Positions 27,544 through 41,535 are shown, counted from the stretch's first letter. The stretch is DNA of 64,000 nt from Botryllus schlosseri (GCA_051294905.1 CM119371.1:41602001-41666000); one strand, 5' to 3'. Notes: generated from the letters alone by a model not told the origin. Made by a program: numbers and translations.

Positions 27544-27752
27544 ATTCGCAAGAAGCCTATTAAAGCCGATATCTTCGAGACGCTCTTCGATTCAGGCGCC
27601 GCATGGTATTAGTCTACATTCAAGACTCTGCTGCCCTACGAAGATCTATCGACTCTGCTTGGCACTAAATCTGCTACATTTACGTAGTTGTTATATTCAA
27701 TTGAACGATGTTGTTTGTGAAGTCTACATCGGAATCCCGCAGGTCTCCAACC

Positions 27753-29530
27753 TTGGCACCGACTTGGGAGCCATTAGCTAAGATCACGGTCGACGATTTA
27801 CGACCCGAATTACAAGAACTTGGCGAAGCTACAAGTGGAAGCGAAGCTGTATTGACGGACCGATTAGGGAAAATCCGAGATTCCGACAAACCTTCACAAA
27901 AGAAAGAACTAAAGCGCTCTCTATTGAGCACCACCGAGAGTACATCATCTGAACTGGTTATATGCTTTTTCAGATGATGAAGCATGAGCTAGATCTCGAT
28001 CGCCAGCAGCAGCAATTAGATCGCGAAGCTTCTGACCATAAGTTTCAGTTGCAGCTCGAGAAGATCAAGCAGAAGCACGCCCAAGACCGTGAAGAATCCG
28101 AAAGACGATTCAGACTGCAATTAGAAGAAATTCGCCATCGGTCCGATAATCATTCATCGGGAAGCAGTGGACATTTATGTCTACATGAGGTTGTTATAAA
28201 GAAGTTCGGGCGCATGAATGCTGACCTCGTAGAGTCTTTGCAAGCTCTAGAGAAGAAACATGCACATTCCACCTCCGTCGAAGAAATTAACGTCTTCATA
28301 CGGTCGGTAGAAATATCAATGGCCGATCTCAAGGCATTTGAGGGTTCAAAAGTCGACGAGGTTGACGATGGTGATTTCAAGACCGAAATCATTGATGGCA
28401 TGAGAAGATCGAAAGAAATTTATTTTGCAAACATTCCTCTTGCCAAATCCAATTCTTCATCGCTGAAAGCTGCCGAAGAAGCGGAAAAAGCCGCTGGATC
28501 CCTCCCGAGTGAAATAGTGCCGCCTACATTCAATGGCGATATTTTGACCTTTCCTGCATTTTGGGAGTCGTTCGAGCCATTGGCTCAAAAAAATCCAAAG
28601 GTCAATCCGTTTTACAAAATCACGTATTTAAAGGCAGCTCTTAAAGGATCGTTATCCGGCCTTCTCAATGGTTTCCCCTCGGCGGCAATGAATTATGAGC
28701 CTGCAGTAGAAGCCGTTCTTAGTAGAAGCCGTTCTTAAAAGGTACGGGAAGAAGCAAGCGATCGTGAGAAATCACATCGAAGACTTACTACAAGGTGAGA
28801 AAGTAGAATTTAAAATCGACAAAGTCAGACAACTTTTAAATGCCGCTACTGCTAAAAGGGCCATTTTATCGCAGTAGGCCTATGACGTCTCTTGGGGCCA
28901 ACTTTTACACAGGTACTAGAGTCCCAGTTGCCTGGAACGCTGCATGAGCGTTGGATCAGAAAAACTAGCCCCTTGATCGAAGCCGATAAGATTCCTGATT
29001 CTGATCTCCTGTTTGAGTTTCTAGCAACCGAGTTGGTGACGATGGAATCGTTGCATAAGTCGCAGAATGGGCGTCGCCCTGTTGACGTACATAAAGATGA
29101 ACTGATTAGTGTTGGTACCGAGAAACCTGATAATTCATTTTCAGCTCAGTCTCTCGTGATTCAAACCGTCCCGCTATCATGCATCTGCTGCTCGAAACCT
29201 CATTTATTGAAAGATTGTTTTAAATTTCTGAAAATAAAAACCGCCCAGCGATTGGCTGACTTGGTTATGAAGCCTGGTAAAGTGTGTTTTAGATGCTTAC
29301 ACCCGGAAGGACACAGAGACCACCCGAAGCATTTTCATCAATGTAAGGAGCGTTGTTCCGTCACTTGATGTGGGAAACCCCACCACAAATTGTTAAACGT
29401 TTCTGCGGAACCATTGATTGACGCTAAGTGTATGGTATCAACTGTTGATGTTTCCACCCCTGCGTTTCGGGATTTCGATAGAGACACAATATTGCCTACT
29501 GCATTGGGACGAATCCACCACAGAGGTGAA
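27753..29530 (+). pseudogene. BEL/Pao gag pseudogene (SAP-like N-terminus, coiled coil, DUF1759-like domain, zinc knuckles, start of the protease region)
   Basis: PTFNGDILTFPAFWESF...KITYLKAALKG...KRYG, CICCSKPHLLKDC, CFRCL...H, C..CGKPHHKLL and ILPTA are present. The frame is broken by frameshifts, including a perfect 16-bp duplication at 28705-28736, and by stops. Confidence 0.85.
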
Positions 29531-29656
29531 GTTAAAATAGCTGCGTCAAAGGACGTTTCGTTGAAAACTGATCCATGGATTTCGTTGAACGACAGGATGG
29601 ACAGATTTGCTGATGGAAGAATCTGTTGACCGATCATAGTCGGTCAAGTGGGGGAG

Positions 29657-30087
29657 TTTTTTGACGAGTCATGTTTTTAGTTGATCAGTTTGGATGTTTT
29701 AGTGAATCAGTTTAATTCAGCTGTCCTTTAATTTGCATTCCGTTATTTTCTTTGACAAGTCTTTATTGTTCTGTTTGGTTGATGATTGGTTAATTTAATT
29801 GTTGCGCCGTCCGTTCTCCTTTACCTTTATATTGCTCTGTTGCTGCTATTTCTTTCTTCCATTCAACTGTTATCGAACGAGCAAGCAATCTTGCGAATCT
29901 CTTCATTCAACGTATCCGTATTCTGAACAAGCTGTTCCGCATTTTACGTTTTGGACTGCTTGTATTTGGGAACAGAAGAGATTTGAGATACGCAACGCTT
30001 GCTTACTATTCATTGTCAAATTCACTGTGCAGCAGACAGGTTCCCGACACCTGATAAAGCGCCACACATAGACTTCGGTGCCGCTTC
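29657..30087 (+). repeat. 3' LTR (TG mutated to TT, last few bases missing)
   Basis: Follows the PPT. Visibly diverged from the 5' LTR, with a ~20-bp indel. Confidence 0.8.
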
Positions 30088-30320
30088 TGATGCCTGCACA
30101 CCAAATTCGTTTAAATTCCAACCAGTAACCGCACTGCTACAGGAGAATGAAGTTTTTACTTATCATATAAAAATGATTTGAAAAAATCAAAATTTTCTGT
30201 TCACCCCATGAAATCGTTAAGTTGTCTATAGAAACGATGCTCACAAAATTTCACTCAATTCCAACCACTGGAAGCGGAGCAATTGCCGTCGAAAAACTTT
30301 GGATTTGAATAAAATAGTAT
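30088..30320 (+). mobile_element. Right part of the MITE-like repeat interrupted by the BEL/Pao element (left part 27075-27141)
   Basis: Joined, the two parts match the reverse complement of 45531-45784 (GGTTACCTAAT|TGATGCCTGC). Confidence 0.7.
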
Positions 30321-30654
30321 TTAGGGGGACCAAATCTTCAATTGTTTATTATAGTTGCAAATTGAATATTGATTGAAACAGGACATTTAAAACTCAATGA
30401 TCAAACCAATAAGTGTCGTAGGCCCCGCCCAACCATTATCTGAAGTAGTTATGCTAACTTGGACTTAGCATGTGCTTTATTTCCATAAACGTTTCACTCT
30501 AACTATTAATTCGAGGATCGAAGAGAGCATGGTTGTCATATTTTTTAGTGAAAAGTACTGATCCAACTCCGATCTGGCTCCTGCCAAAATGAGAAAATCC
30601 GGCCGGATATCCAATTCGGGTCCGGTCCATGCTCCGCCCTAGTACTTACTATCC

Positions 30655-30820
30655 TAGGGTTACCATACTTTGGAAATCTCAGAAAACGACACTTTTTCAA
30701 AATTTTCAAACTTGCGAAACCGGAAGAATATCCTTAAAATGGTAATTTTTTCCTACTTCGTGGTCGGTTGACTAAAAAAAAGGTCAACTTTCCGGCTCAG
30801 CTCCCGAAGTACCAGCCACA
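30655..30820 (-). mobile_element. Partial copy of the TAGGGTTACCATA MITE family
   Basis: Reverse complement of the right half of 62598-62933. Confidence 0.65.
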
Positions 30821-30869
30821 TATGGCCCGCAGGTCGCGGGTTGCCCTCCCCTGATATAGACGAGCACCT

Positions 30870-31020
30870 TCGATAGTTTTCAGAGCCGGAGCCGGAGCTC
30901 GAGCCGAAGCAGTGGTAATAATGCGGCTCCGGAGCTGGAGCCGGAGCTAATGTATGATATAAGAAAGCTCCGGAGCCGGAGCTGGAGCATTTCAAATTTA
31001 CGGCTGCTCCAAAGCCTTGC
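30870..31020. mobile_element. MITE fragment with GGAGCC/GGCTCC subterminal repeats
   Basis: Clustered GAGCCGGAGCCGGAGC repeats in both orientations. Confidence 0.5.
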
Positions 31021-33758
31021 TTATAACATCGATGTCTGCAAGAATTCCGTATGAATCGTGACTAATCACATTACGATTCGTTAGTCGCGCAAACATGTGG
31101 TGAATGTGTTATTCGTTTTCAGGTGCAGATGTAACAAAATAGGAGAGATGTGGTACCGATGGATCAAAAATTATAAAATGATCTCTGGCAGCCAAATGTT
31201 CAGCCGATAACAACAATTTTTTGCTGGCTCAACACTTTGATAGAAGCTCTACCTAACGCGGATATATACATGAATATCCGCCTTTTCATAAAATACTTGA
31301 GAACGTCGAAATTTGTTGCTCAAACGTACCATCGGTGAGCGCTTAATGATTTCTAATTTCGGACAGTGATGTATTGCCACCTACTGTTACTGCAAAAGAC
31401 CATAAAATTCCGCGCGGAAATCATCATTTCGCCATTTCAAAACACTTCGATGACATGCAAAGATCTTGCTAATCGCGGATGGATGGATCAGATTAATCAA
31501 AGACATATTGCGCGTACTGTGGACAATCGGGTTGTGAACTGACCTGCATTCATGTGCGACATAAAAATGACTGTTTCAGTCCCGATTTTGTCGTCACTGC
31601 GGTGGAGATCGATTCGTTGGAGACAAACCACACCGTTCAATGAGTGCATTTCAATGCATGTAATGTTAATTGTAAAACTGTAACAATGCAGTTTATGATT
31701 TGAATCATTTTTACGACATCTGCCACAACTCTTTTTCGTAATAAAGACTGGTTCTGAAAATGAATGACGCCGCGAACCCTATTTGCAAACACAATATGCA
31801 TCCATTCATCACAGTCGCTACAATTGTTATCATTCAGTAAATTCAAAATCGAACTCGGTACTGAAAGTTACACATATTCAGTTATGCATATTCAGGAAAA
31901 ATACAAAAATTAGAAATGATTTGAGATCGTAGAAACATGTCACAAATTAGATAGTTATTAGATGAGTGAAATTTCGCTATTTAATTAGTCCAATTCGTCA
32001 ACTAGAATTCTTGAGTCGTCCGATTTTGACTGTCCGTGTGAATGTTAGCATAGTATCAGCTAGGTGACGCTGGCGGATTGAATCCAGCAAGGCCTTCGAC
32101 CTCACGTAGCCTATTTTTTGACTTAGACATGCAAAACATCATGCAAAACATCACCTTTTCGGCCTTGCGGAAAATAGATATAAAAGTTTTGTAATCTCTA
32201 AAACTGTTCATTTTCACACCTGTTTCTGAGCAGCAGTTTGAATCTTGTGCTGCCGAATATAGGCTCATAAGCCGGACACGTATTCCACAATAGCACGCTC
32301 AAGTCGGATTCGAATGAGGATATAGCTGACAAATAGTGTAGCAACAGCAACATACAACTTGATGAAGATAGCAGGCACGTAGTAGCCTACTGCAACAGCA
32401 ACATACGACCAACGAGCGGTATAGAAGTAAGATTTTAACGTAGGAAGGACGTAGGTAAGGACCGAACGTAAGAAGATTTACAATTAATTTTGCGACAACG
32501 TTAATAACCAACAATTTTTGGTTCTCAGACGCTTTATACAGCGGTGTGAACATACTGAAAACACTGATCACAAATGATTACTAAAATCAGGATTAACAAA
32601 TGATAATGAAATGCGTAATCGAGAACAATACCTTATATTCTACTCCTGTATCTCAGTAACTGAATGTATTTATAAGAAAATTGCACTTTGTAAGCCTATC
32701 AGAGCCATCAACCTTAACTAGGGTCATTGTCATTACATGGACAGCCGTTTTTTTAACAATCGCAGTGACGCAAGACAATGACCATAATAATGATCTTTGT
32801 CATATCTTGGGTTGCATTTAAAATAAAAATCAATATAAAACAAACATGTTTAAAACAAGGCCCTAATTTAAAACATGTTTTTTTATTGTTTTTTATGTGG
32901 TTTTTTAAGCCATGACGTCACGAATATTCAATTGTGACGTCATTGTGGATTGACATTGACAATTGAAAATATAGGGTGAAAATATAGCTTCCTTGACGAA
33001 ATATATGTACCATTGCTGTTGAACCGACAGGTTCATATCGATATACGTGGGCTATATCGGGTGTTAATTATCCGTAGGCACATACAACATGTTTTGTAAA
33101 GTATTTACACAATTATGGCATAATTTTACCATAGGCCACCAAAGGCCCTTTTTTCAAACACGGTTTAAAACATGTTTTCAGCAAAGTGTTTTGAAACAAC
33201 GTTTGTTTTAAATGCAGCCCATAGTCATATATCGTATCAGATTGTAATGTATTTTTAAATTGATTTCGGAATCAGCGCAAACCGGAGATTTTCAATACAA
33301 AAATAACATGAACTAACGAACAGAACTGCTGCGAATTGCTTCTCCACAATTCCATAAAACAGATGAAATGTTGTTGGCCAACCATTGCCAGTTTCAGTGG
33401 TTGGTCGTTCGACATCGCCCCATCTGCGCTCATTGCATCGCATTGTGTGTCTTGTATAACGCACTGTACATTGTGTGTGTGTCTTGGTCAGATGAAAATA
33501 TCTGAAAATATTTGACGATTATATTTGATATTCGGGCGTCAGAACCTGTTTTAGCCTGTTTCAACCACCGATGATATTTTCTAGACGTGGAGTATATTCC
33601 CGCTGATCTGTTGATTAATCCGAGTCCTTTTGTCTGGACTCTGGAGTGCATGGTTGTTGAAGGTAAAACTAGGCGCAGAATTGCTTCCAATTTACGGCGG
33701 TAATATTAATTGTAAAGTTGGAAAATTCTGAAATTCTGTGTATATGCGTGTATAATAG

Positions 33759-34598
33759 CAGTGTTGGGATCAAGTCACTATATTTAAGTCACAAGTCATC
33801 TCGAATCATTGTAAATTTTGACTCAAGTCAAGTCAAGTTGTCTTTTAGAAATACGAGGTATGATTAAGTCATTGCATTCGCCATTTACTTTGAATAAAGA
33901 ACCGAATATAGAATTAAACAGACATGGAAGAAATTGCTGTATGGCTCACGCATTCGTATAATTGCTAAACTTTGTAAAGTTACTGTATACCTTTCACCTA
34001 TAATTATCCACCAAAATATAGAATATAATACGAAACCACGGATAGTTGAAACGAATTGATATGATGCACAACCCAATTAAATATCCATGGGATACAATGT
34101 ATGCAATGCATGCGCCTATAGTTGCCGACTAATATAAACTATATATATATCAATTTAAATCATACAAGAGGTTTGTTTGAAGTGAGCACCACGCACCAAT
34201 CACCAGGGACAAGAATATAGAACAGAGATTGATGTTTTGCTAATATATTGCTTTGCTACTATAACCACAACGTAAGCTGTAGCTCCAGTCATAGTTCGCT
34301 TGCAGTCAATTTATTAGTGATAGAACAATGGAGGTTCACTAAAACGTAAAATCATTGAAGAATGAAATTGGTCGCTCTCACAGGTCACACCATCAGTGTA
34401 TCGAGAACAATCCGAATATATGCAAGCTACAGCGACTTTATCGACACCGATTACTTGATCACTTAAAATTTACTCGTAAATTTTGCTCCGAGTCACGAAT
34501 CAATCTACTTTTTTAAAATACCGAGTCAAGTCAAGTAATTTTGCAAATGAATCGAGTCAAGTAATACGAAAATAGTGACTCGAGTCATCCCAACACTG
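33759..34598 (+). mobile_element. Non-autonomous hAT element (CAGTGTTGGGAT TIRs)
   Basis: Perfect 12-bp TIRs and the same family as 40034-41008. The TSD is not preserved. Confidence 0.85.
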
Positions 34599-37500
34599 GT
34601 TTATAATATATCTATTAACCCGTCTTCAAGCCGTTTCAACGCCATCATGTCTTTTCATTGTATCGCAGTTCCTGTGGTGTCTTGATTTTCAGAAAAATCT
34701 CAATAAAACGACAGACATCAAAGCGAAAGTTACGCTCTGCGAAGCTTGTCAAAGAATTCGTTACAAAATCGATAGTTTGACTCGTGCTGTACAATAGCAG
34801 ACTTTTACGCTGCTTGATTTCTGAAGAACACTTTAGTGGACTTGAATGAATTTGTCGCGGGTGAGCGGCTAAGCGTGTAACAGGAGTGTCTTTCATTACG
34901 CCTGATTCATTCCGTGTTTTGTCTTCGGCAGACTCGTACAAATTACCAGTCTAGTTGTTGACGATCAACTGACTATTGATTTTACGAATAGTTCTAGTTC
35001 TAGTTGTAATTGCGGATTTTATAAAGTAGTTCTAGTTGCGCATTGTCAAAAATCTAGTTGTAAACAACTAAAAATCAACATTCGTCGATTGGCGTGAATC
35101 GCGATACCCGTGTTCTGTTGTGAGATGTTCTTACAGACATTGCTAGCTCAGAGTCATCGCTATTAACAGTGGCGTAGCCAGGGGTGGATTTTAGCTTAAA
35201 CTATAGTACTTGTGCAAGTCCGGTCTGTTGCTTTCCTTGATCGGGCAACAAGTCGAGTTGTTTGCCGCAGTAAGTTACTGATTAACCCGAAGTCGACGGC
35301 TCAATGTTATGAAGGCAAACGGGAATGTTTACCGAGTCACAAGTCAAGAGGCGGGCGTTAGTGCTGGTTTCTATATCAATTCTAGTATATGGTCCTCGAG
35401 TTATATAGCAGACAGCTTACTCAGGTTCAAGCAGACTTTGACAACTTGAAAATCTTTCATCTTTTCCTAATTAAGTTAGAAGTAGACTGACTGAATTCGC
35501 AAAAATTTAGGAATTGATAAATGAAGTTCAGTTCAGCCTTTACGTCAAGCTTGGTTCGTTTCGCACGATAGATCTCTCCTGTAGCATTTTCAGGACAACC
35601 AGGTCAGATCTGAATTAAAATGAGAGCATAGGAACATCTTGCCTAAACACTGAAGGAAAAGTCCTAACATCTAACTAAACCTTGAGTAAGTGTAATGCGT
35701 GCTGCTGAGCAAAACCAGCTTGATTACTCGATTTATCAGATCGTGGCCAGGCAATTCCGAGCGCTGACTATAGTATTCAGTCAGTAGAAGCTGCTCGTTT
35801 TTTGACTTGACTGTTTGATGATACTGTCGAAATACTATATTCTCGTTGGCCATACGGCAATAGAAGCCTGGATTTGCGGTATCATATCATTTAAACCTCG
35901 AGGGCTCGTGATATAGTAGGTATGGTTATGGATAATTATGTTATAGTTTGTATACTAGTTATATATGTAGTAAGCACAGTTATATATAGTTACGGGTATA
36001 GCGTATATAGGCTACCAGTTATACGAAGAGCTTCTTGGAGGTATAACTTCAATATACAATTGAATAGTATATTCAATATATTTATATTGAAACGAACAGA
36101 ATATTTTCGGCTGACATTCGTCCCTTGACAGGGGTAATAGTCAGCAACTAGTTATACCTGTAGTAGTTACAGTCATATATAGTCATAGTTAGCAGATTTA
36201 CTAGTTATATCTGCAGTATTCATAGTTCTATTACACAAAGTAGATATACAGTAGTCGTATCTAGCAACGGAGCTTCTTTTCGTAGTGATTTGCAGACACC
36301 ATTCTTACGCAACAATTCCTATTCCCACAACAATGAGATGCTCGGGATTCATCCAGCTGTGACTCAGAGTTTAAACTTGCCGCATTTTTCTACCTGACCA
36401 TAAACTGTATCTACTTTTATGATCTAATACTTCTAACTACTATATATATATACGATTTGATAACTAACTACTATAACTGACTTCTGAAACTATAACTACT
36501 GCACATCTACGAATTGAAAACTAACTATACTAAAACTGACTGTGCTGAAACTATAAACACTTACTGTAGATCTCCTAATTGATATCTAACTAATGTAACT
36601 GACAACTGAAATTGTACCTACTATAAAACTGTTGTACCCAACTAACTACTACGACTGACTACTGAAATTAAAAGTACTGTAACGACCGTAATTATATCTG
36701 CAAATTATAACATCACGAAGCTATACTGGATATTCAAAACAGAGATGAACGGGTTCATTGTTTTCAAAGTTCTGTTGTCAATACCTTGATTCCGTTATAG
36801 ATTACTTTTCTATCATCTATAATGGATAATTTGGTATCTTATTCGCAAGTCGTGATGTCACACACATTACATCACAGCGCGCTTGACAATATTTCTCCAA
36901 ATGTCAATAATTTATCGCCTGAGGCTGTATAATTGGCAGTTCTAAGTCCAGATGTCAGCCGGCTCGATGCTTGACGTAGTTTTCAGTCATAGACTTACGA
37001 TAATGAAGAATATTGTCTGATTATGCGAGCTATAAGCTAGTGATACATGTCAGAATAGCAACGTCCGTGATTACTGTGAGCTGGTAGTTTTGAAATAATA
37101 GGTTCAGAGTTAAGTCTCAGTCTGGACATGGTCTGGAATTCAGGTGAGGCGGCCGGCCTGTCGTTGTAAGCGGTATGTTAGCTCGGAATTAAATTCAATT
37201 TATAAGTTTTTGCAAATTCAGTAACATGAACTGTATAATCATCTTGGAAAATAATGTATAGCCATTATTCTAAATCTAATCGAATTTTTAATAACACATA
37301 TTGTACAAATATTGCGATATTATAAAGGAGATACGTCCATTAAGTAATCCCTCGATACAGAAAATGTCGAGTATGTATTGCCAGTTGGCCACACTATAAC
37401 CACCAGGCTGTGGTCTTGTGGTTTCGCTCTAGTCCACTATAAGAAAAAGTCGGTGACATTGACATTCGATTTTGAGAAGGCAAATATGTGTATATTGAAT

Positions 37501-38875
37501 TCATAGTTTTATCGGAATAGACCAAAAAGTAGTTATTCACAGTAGTGAAAACGCCAATGCGGAACCGTTATATGCAGTTTATATCGAGAATATATTAGTT
37601 GCACAAAAATATAATTCAAATATGCGTGGCCGCACTGCTGTGTCACTTCCGACTCAAAATATCCCTACAATCCAGTGACACACCAATCGCGATTGTACCA
37701 AATTATTGCGCCCGCGTTTGTAGTTGAATCTCTTGTATTTCAAAACGCATATACACAGGCTAATCCCATCTCTGCAGGTCTGAGTTCGATCGACGACGTG
37801 ATTTGACACCCTCATTTAAATTGTCTGTAACGAATCAACTTTCACAGGACGTAGATTTTTAGCGATTACGTCATGCATAATGTCGTCATTTAGCTTAATA
37901 GCGATCAAACGCCGGAAGTTGAAGCCGATCGCCTCAGGCTCTGACAGTCTGATTGTGATATTCCATTCAGAATTTTGCCTGGTTCAGATTAGTGCAGTTC
38001 ACAATATTGCTATATTGTTCAGGCTGGGCTCAATGATTTCAGTACTCTGATTTGAAACGAGTATTAATTTTAATTATTCCAGTCGAATAGTCAGAAATTC
38101 CTTTACTTCTACTAAATTATACGCGCCATACCACTAAGAGACACCATATCAACGAAAATGATGGTTTGATACTATATCAAGTATCAAATCATGTAAGTCG
38201 TGTTTTAGTTATTAAGTTATAGATTTTCAAAGGTCGTTGGTTCTAGTTCTAGCTGCGAGTTATGAAAATTAATTAGTTCTAACTAGATCAATTTGCGAGT
38301 TTTGAAAAGTATATTGCTCTAGTTCTAGTTCTAGTTTTCAGTTCTGAAAAATTAGTAGTTTTTGTTTTAGTTCTAGTTGGGGATTTATAAAGGTCACTTT
38401 GTCTTAGTTATGGTTTTGCGTTTTTAAAATAAAGAAGTTCTGGTCCCATTAACGAGTTTTGAAAAGTAAATTGCTCTATAGTTCTAGTTCTAGATTCCAG
38501 TTATGGAGAATTACTATAGTTTTTGTTCTAGTCCTAGTTGCGGATTTGTAAAGGTCACTTGTTCTAGTTCCAGCTGTGGGTTTCGAAATGTGAGTAGTTC
38601 TATTTGCGAGTTTTTAAAAGCAAATTGGTCCAGTTTTAACTCTAGTTGTCAGTTCTGGATAATTAGTAATTCTTGTTCTAGTTCTAATTGCGAGTTTTGA
38701 AAAGTGAATAGCTGTAGTTCTAGTTCAGAGTTTTGAAATTTGACTAGTTCTAAGTATAAATATCGTTGCGGACTTTGAATGGTCGTTAGTTCTAAATCTA
38801 GTTACTAGTTTTGAATAGTGAGTAGTTTTAGTTCTAGTCGCGCATTTTGAAAAGTGGGTAGTTTTTGTTCTAGTT

Positions 38876-39778
38876 CAGTGGTTCTCCAAGTGGGAGGCGC
38901 TCCTCCCTTTGAGGGCTAGAAGTATAGGAGGAGCGATGCCGCCTGAAGAAATTATGTTTTTGTTACTTGGATTGAGTTTAAATCGTTCTGAAACTTCCAA
39001 GTGCCACCAACCGCAATAATCCTAATTACATTGATTACGATTTAAAGGCATAATTGCGTCCCATCATCCATATACCGATGCTATATTTGGTTCATTACCG
39101 GACCTTGCACCGATCATAATTTGTCTCTGAATCAAGAGTAGCTGTTAGCTGATGCTTTCATATATGTCTGTCAATCGATGGTCTGGGTAATATGCCTTTT
39201 GAATGTAACATGGAAGGATTTCAATCGAAGTCATTTCTAACGTCGAGGTAGCCACTCCCATTATACTCAAATAGGACACACATGTAGAATGTGCGTTTTA
39301 TGACATCCAAAAAGTGTTCAATTGAATTATTTTCTTGTCGAACAACTGCGACCAGCATAGACAAATATTGTTTGTTTCTTGAAATGCCAAGTTTTACAAA
39401 GATGTGGCCCGCACCGTTAGTCTTAATTTAGCTTTTGCTTTGGCACGTTTGAGCTAAGCTCAAGTTGGGTAATACTGGGGATTAGACACCGAATTCGATA
39501 AAAGATCTTAATGCTACGTGCTGCTACTATTGCATATGATTAATTTATTCGCGCTCGACGAGATTTACCTCTGTACGTCAAAATTATCGCTCTGTTCATA
39601 GCCCAAATTCCATATTTTAGAAATCTCGCAACAGTCAAAACCTGCCATGCCATCAAACTATGCGTTGGATTTGCAAACATTCTTGCAATACTCTTTCCGA
39701 TATGGCAATAAGGGGTCGGGGAGCGTTACATTTTTTACTATTAAGAAGGGGAGTGTAGAAAAAATTAGAGAAACACTA
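38876..39778. mobile_element. hAT-type MITE (CAGTGGTTCTC / GAGAAACACTA)
   Basis: Imperfect TIRs. The flanking 8-mers TTCTAGTT / CTCTAGTC match 6/8. Confidence 0.6.
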
Positions 39779-40033
39779 CTCTAGTCGCTAGTTTTGAAAG
39801 TGAGTAGTTCTAGTTCTAGATCATTTCTAGTTGCGATTCTTTAATGGGCGTTAGCTCTAGTTCTGGTTCTAGTTTTAAAAAGTGTGTAGTTCTAGTTCTA
39901 GTTGCGAATTTTTAAATGTCGTTACTTCTAGCTCTGGTTACAGGTTTCGAAAAGTCTGTTCTAGTTCTAGTTCCAGGTTGTTAGTTCTAGTTCTAGTTGC
40001 GAGCTTTGCAGATTGAGCAGTTCTAGTTCTAGG

Positions 40034-41008
40034 CAGTGTTGGGATCAGGTCACTACCTTCGAGTCACGAGTCATTTCGAGTCATTGCACATTTTGACTCG
40101 AGTCAAGTCAAGTCAATCGATTTTCGAAGGTGACTCGAGTCAAGTCAAGTCACTCGTTTTATGGAGGTGACTCGAGTCAAGTCGAGTCAAGTCAAGTCAA
40201 GTCAAGTCAAGTCAAGTCAAGTCACGAGTCAAGTCACAATTCAAGTCAAATTGGTTTTTTGAAGTATGAGTGATGATTCAAAGTCATTACGTTTTGCTAG
40301 ATATGTGAAAAACAGATGTATTTGTTATATATGTTGAATCAAATAACGATTATAAAGTCAAATATACATGCAAAAGGGCGTTGAATCGCTCACACAGATG
40401 TAGAGCAGCTAATAAAATTCGTGAGCTAAAATAGAGGATCGAATACGAAGCGACGAGAAGTAGAAACAAATTGATATGGTATAATATACTACCCATCTAC
40501 ACATCCGGTAGAATATAAACGCATAAACTATATTCGTTCGATTCGAATCATACAAGGGGGTTGGCTAAGGTGGGCAGTGCGCGAAGTAAGCACTGAGAAA
40601 CAGAGATACGTTGCTATTAGATTATGGTACTGATAGCACATAAACGTAAGCTGTCATCAGTTCGTTTTCGGTCAATTTAATTGTGATGTAACAAGAGGGG
40701 TCAGTGAAAGGTACAATCAGTGATTGCTGGTCAGTCATTACTTGTTGCTCTCACAAGTGACACCGGCGTATGTCGAACAATCCGAACATACACAAGATAC
40801 AGGGATTTATTCGACAGCGTTTACTTGATGACTTGAAATTGACTCGTAAATTTTACTCCGAGTCACGAGTCAATGCCCATTTTTGAAGCTCCGAGTCAAG
40901 TCAAGTCAAGTCATTTCTCCAAAGTGACTCGAGTCAAGTCAAGTCATACGAAAAAGTTGACTCGAGTCTGACTCGAGTCAAGTCATGACTCGAGTCATCC
41001 CAACACTG
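40034..41008 (+). mobile_element. Complete non-autonomous hAT element, 975 bp
   Basis: TIRs CAGTGTTGGGAT/ATCCCAACACTG. Perfect 8-bp TSD GTTCTAGG at 40026-40033 and 41009-41016. Confidence 0.93.
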
Positions 41009-41236
41009 GTTCTAGGTGCGGATTGTTAACGGTCGAGTTGTATTTCTAGCTGTGAGTTTTGAAACAAGAGCAGTTGTAGTTGTAGTTAGTCTAGTTGTAG
41101 TTGTAGCGAGCTTTGAAAGTCATCAGTTGCTCTAATTCTAGTTCTACTTGCGCATTCTGATTGACAAAATCCACAATCTGAACGATTCGACACCAAATCG
41201 CGTGTGAGGCTTCGGTTCGAGTTTAGAATTCTAGTG

Positions 41237-41476
41237 TCAATCTTTATAATTGAGGAGATGTAAAGCATAAAATTTGGGGAAATAGTCGAGATTATAATTC
41301 TCGTTTAAAATATGATCAATACTGGTAATACTCCGTTCGAATTTAAGTAAGTATCTGAGTAATATTGCCTGCTCTTGTGCCGAGTCTTCAAATTCTACAT
41401 AATTCACAACTGTGTCTCCAAATAAATTGCAGGCTTCGCGTTGAAATTCTATAATCGAATGAATAATTGATTGCAA
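41237..41476 (-). pseudogene. Possible 5' ORF remnant of a Penelope-like element
   Basis: Lies downstream of and co-oriented with the hammerhead motif. LLRYLLKFE...LDYFPKF loosely resembles PLE N-terminal regions. This is a weak match recalled from memory. Confidence 0.3.
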
Positions 41477-41535
41477 CTTGTTGAAATAATAAAAGCTGTT
41501 GGATCAAAAGCCGCGAAACAAGCGCATTGCTAAAA

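Larger units (their letters stand above)
27142..30087 (+). mobile_element. Degenerate, internally deleted (gag-only) BEL/Pao LTR retrotransposon
   Basis: Two similar LTRs, a polypurine tract GGGGGAG at 29650-29656, and an interior with DUF1759-like gag and Cys/His knuckles. No RT, RNase H or integrase. Confidence 0.88.
38235..41165. repeat. Degenerate TAGTTC-rich satellite (~40-50-bp higher-order unit), interrupted by two MITEs; a related patch lies at ~34990-35065
   Basis: Recurrent CTAGTTCTAGTT...GCGAGTTTTGAAAAGT units. Confidence 0.8.

Noticed and set aside
36980-37440. Possible decayed non-LTR coding remnant on the minus strand
   Set aside because: No motif clear enough to support a call.
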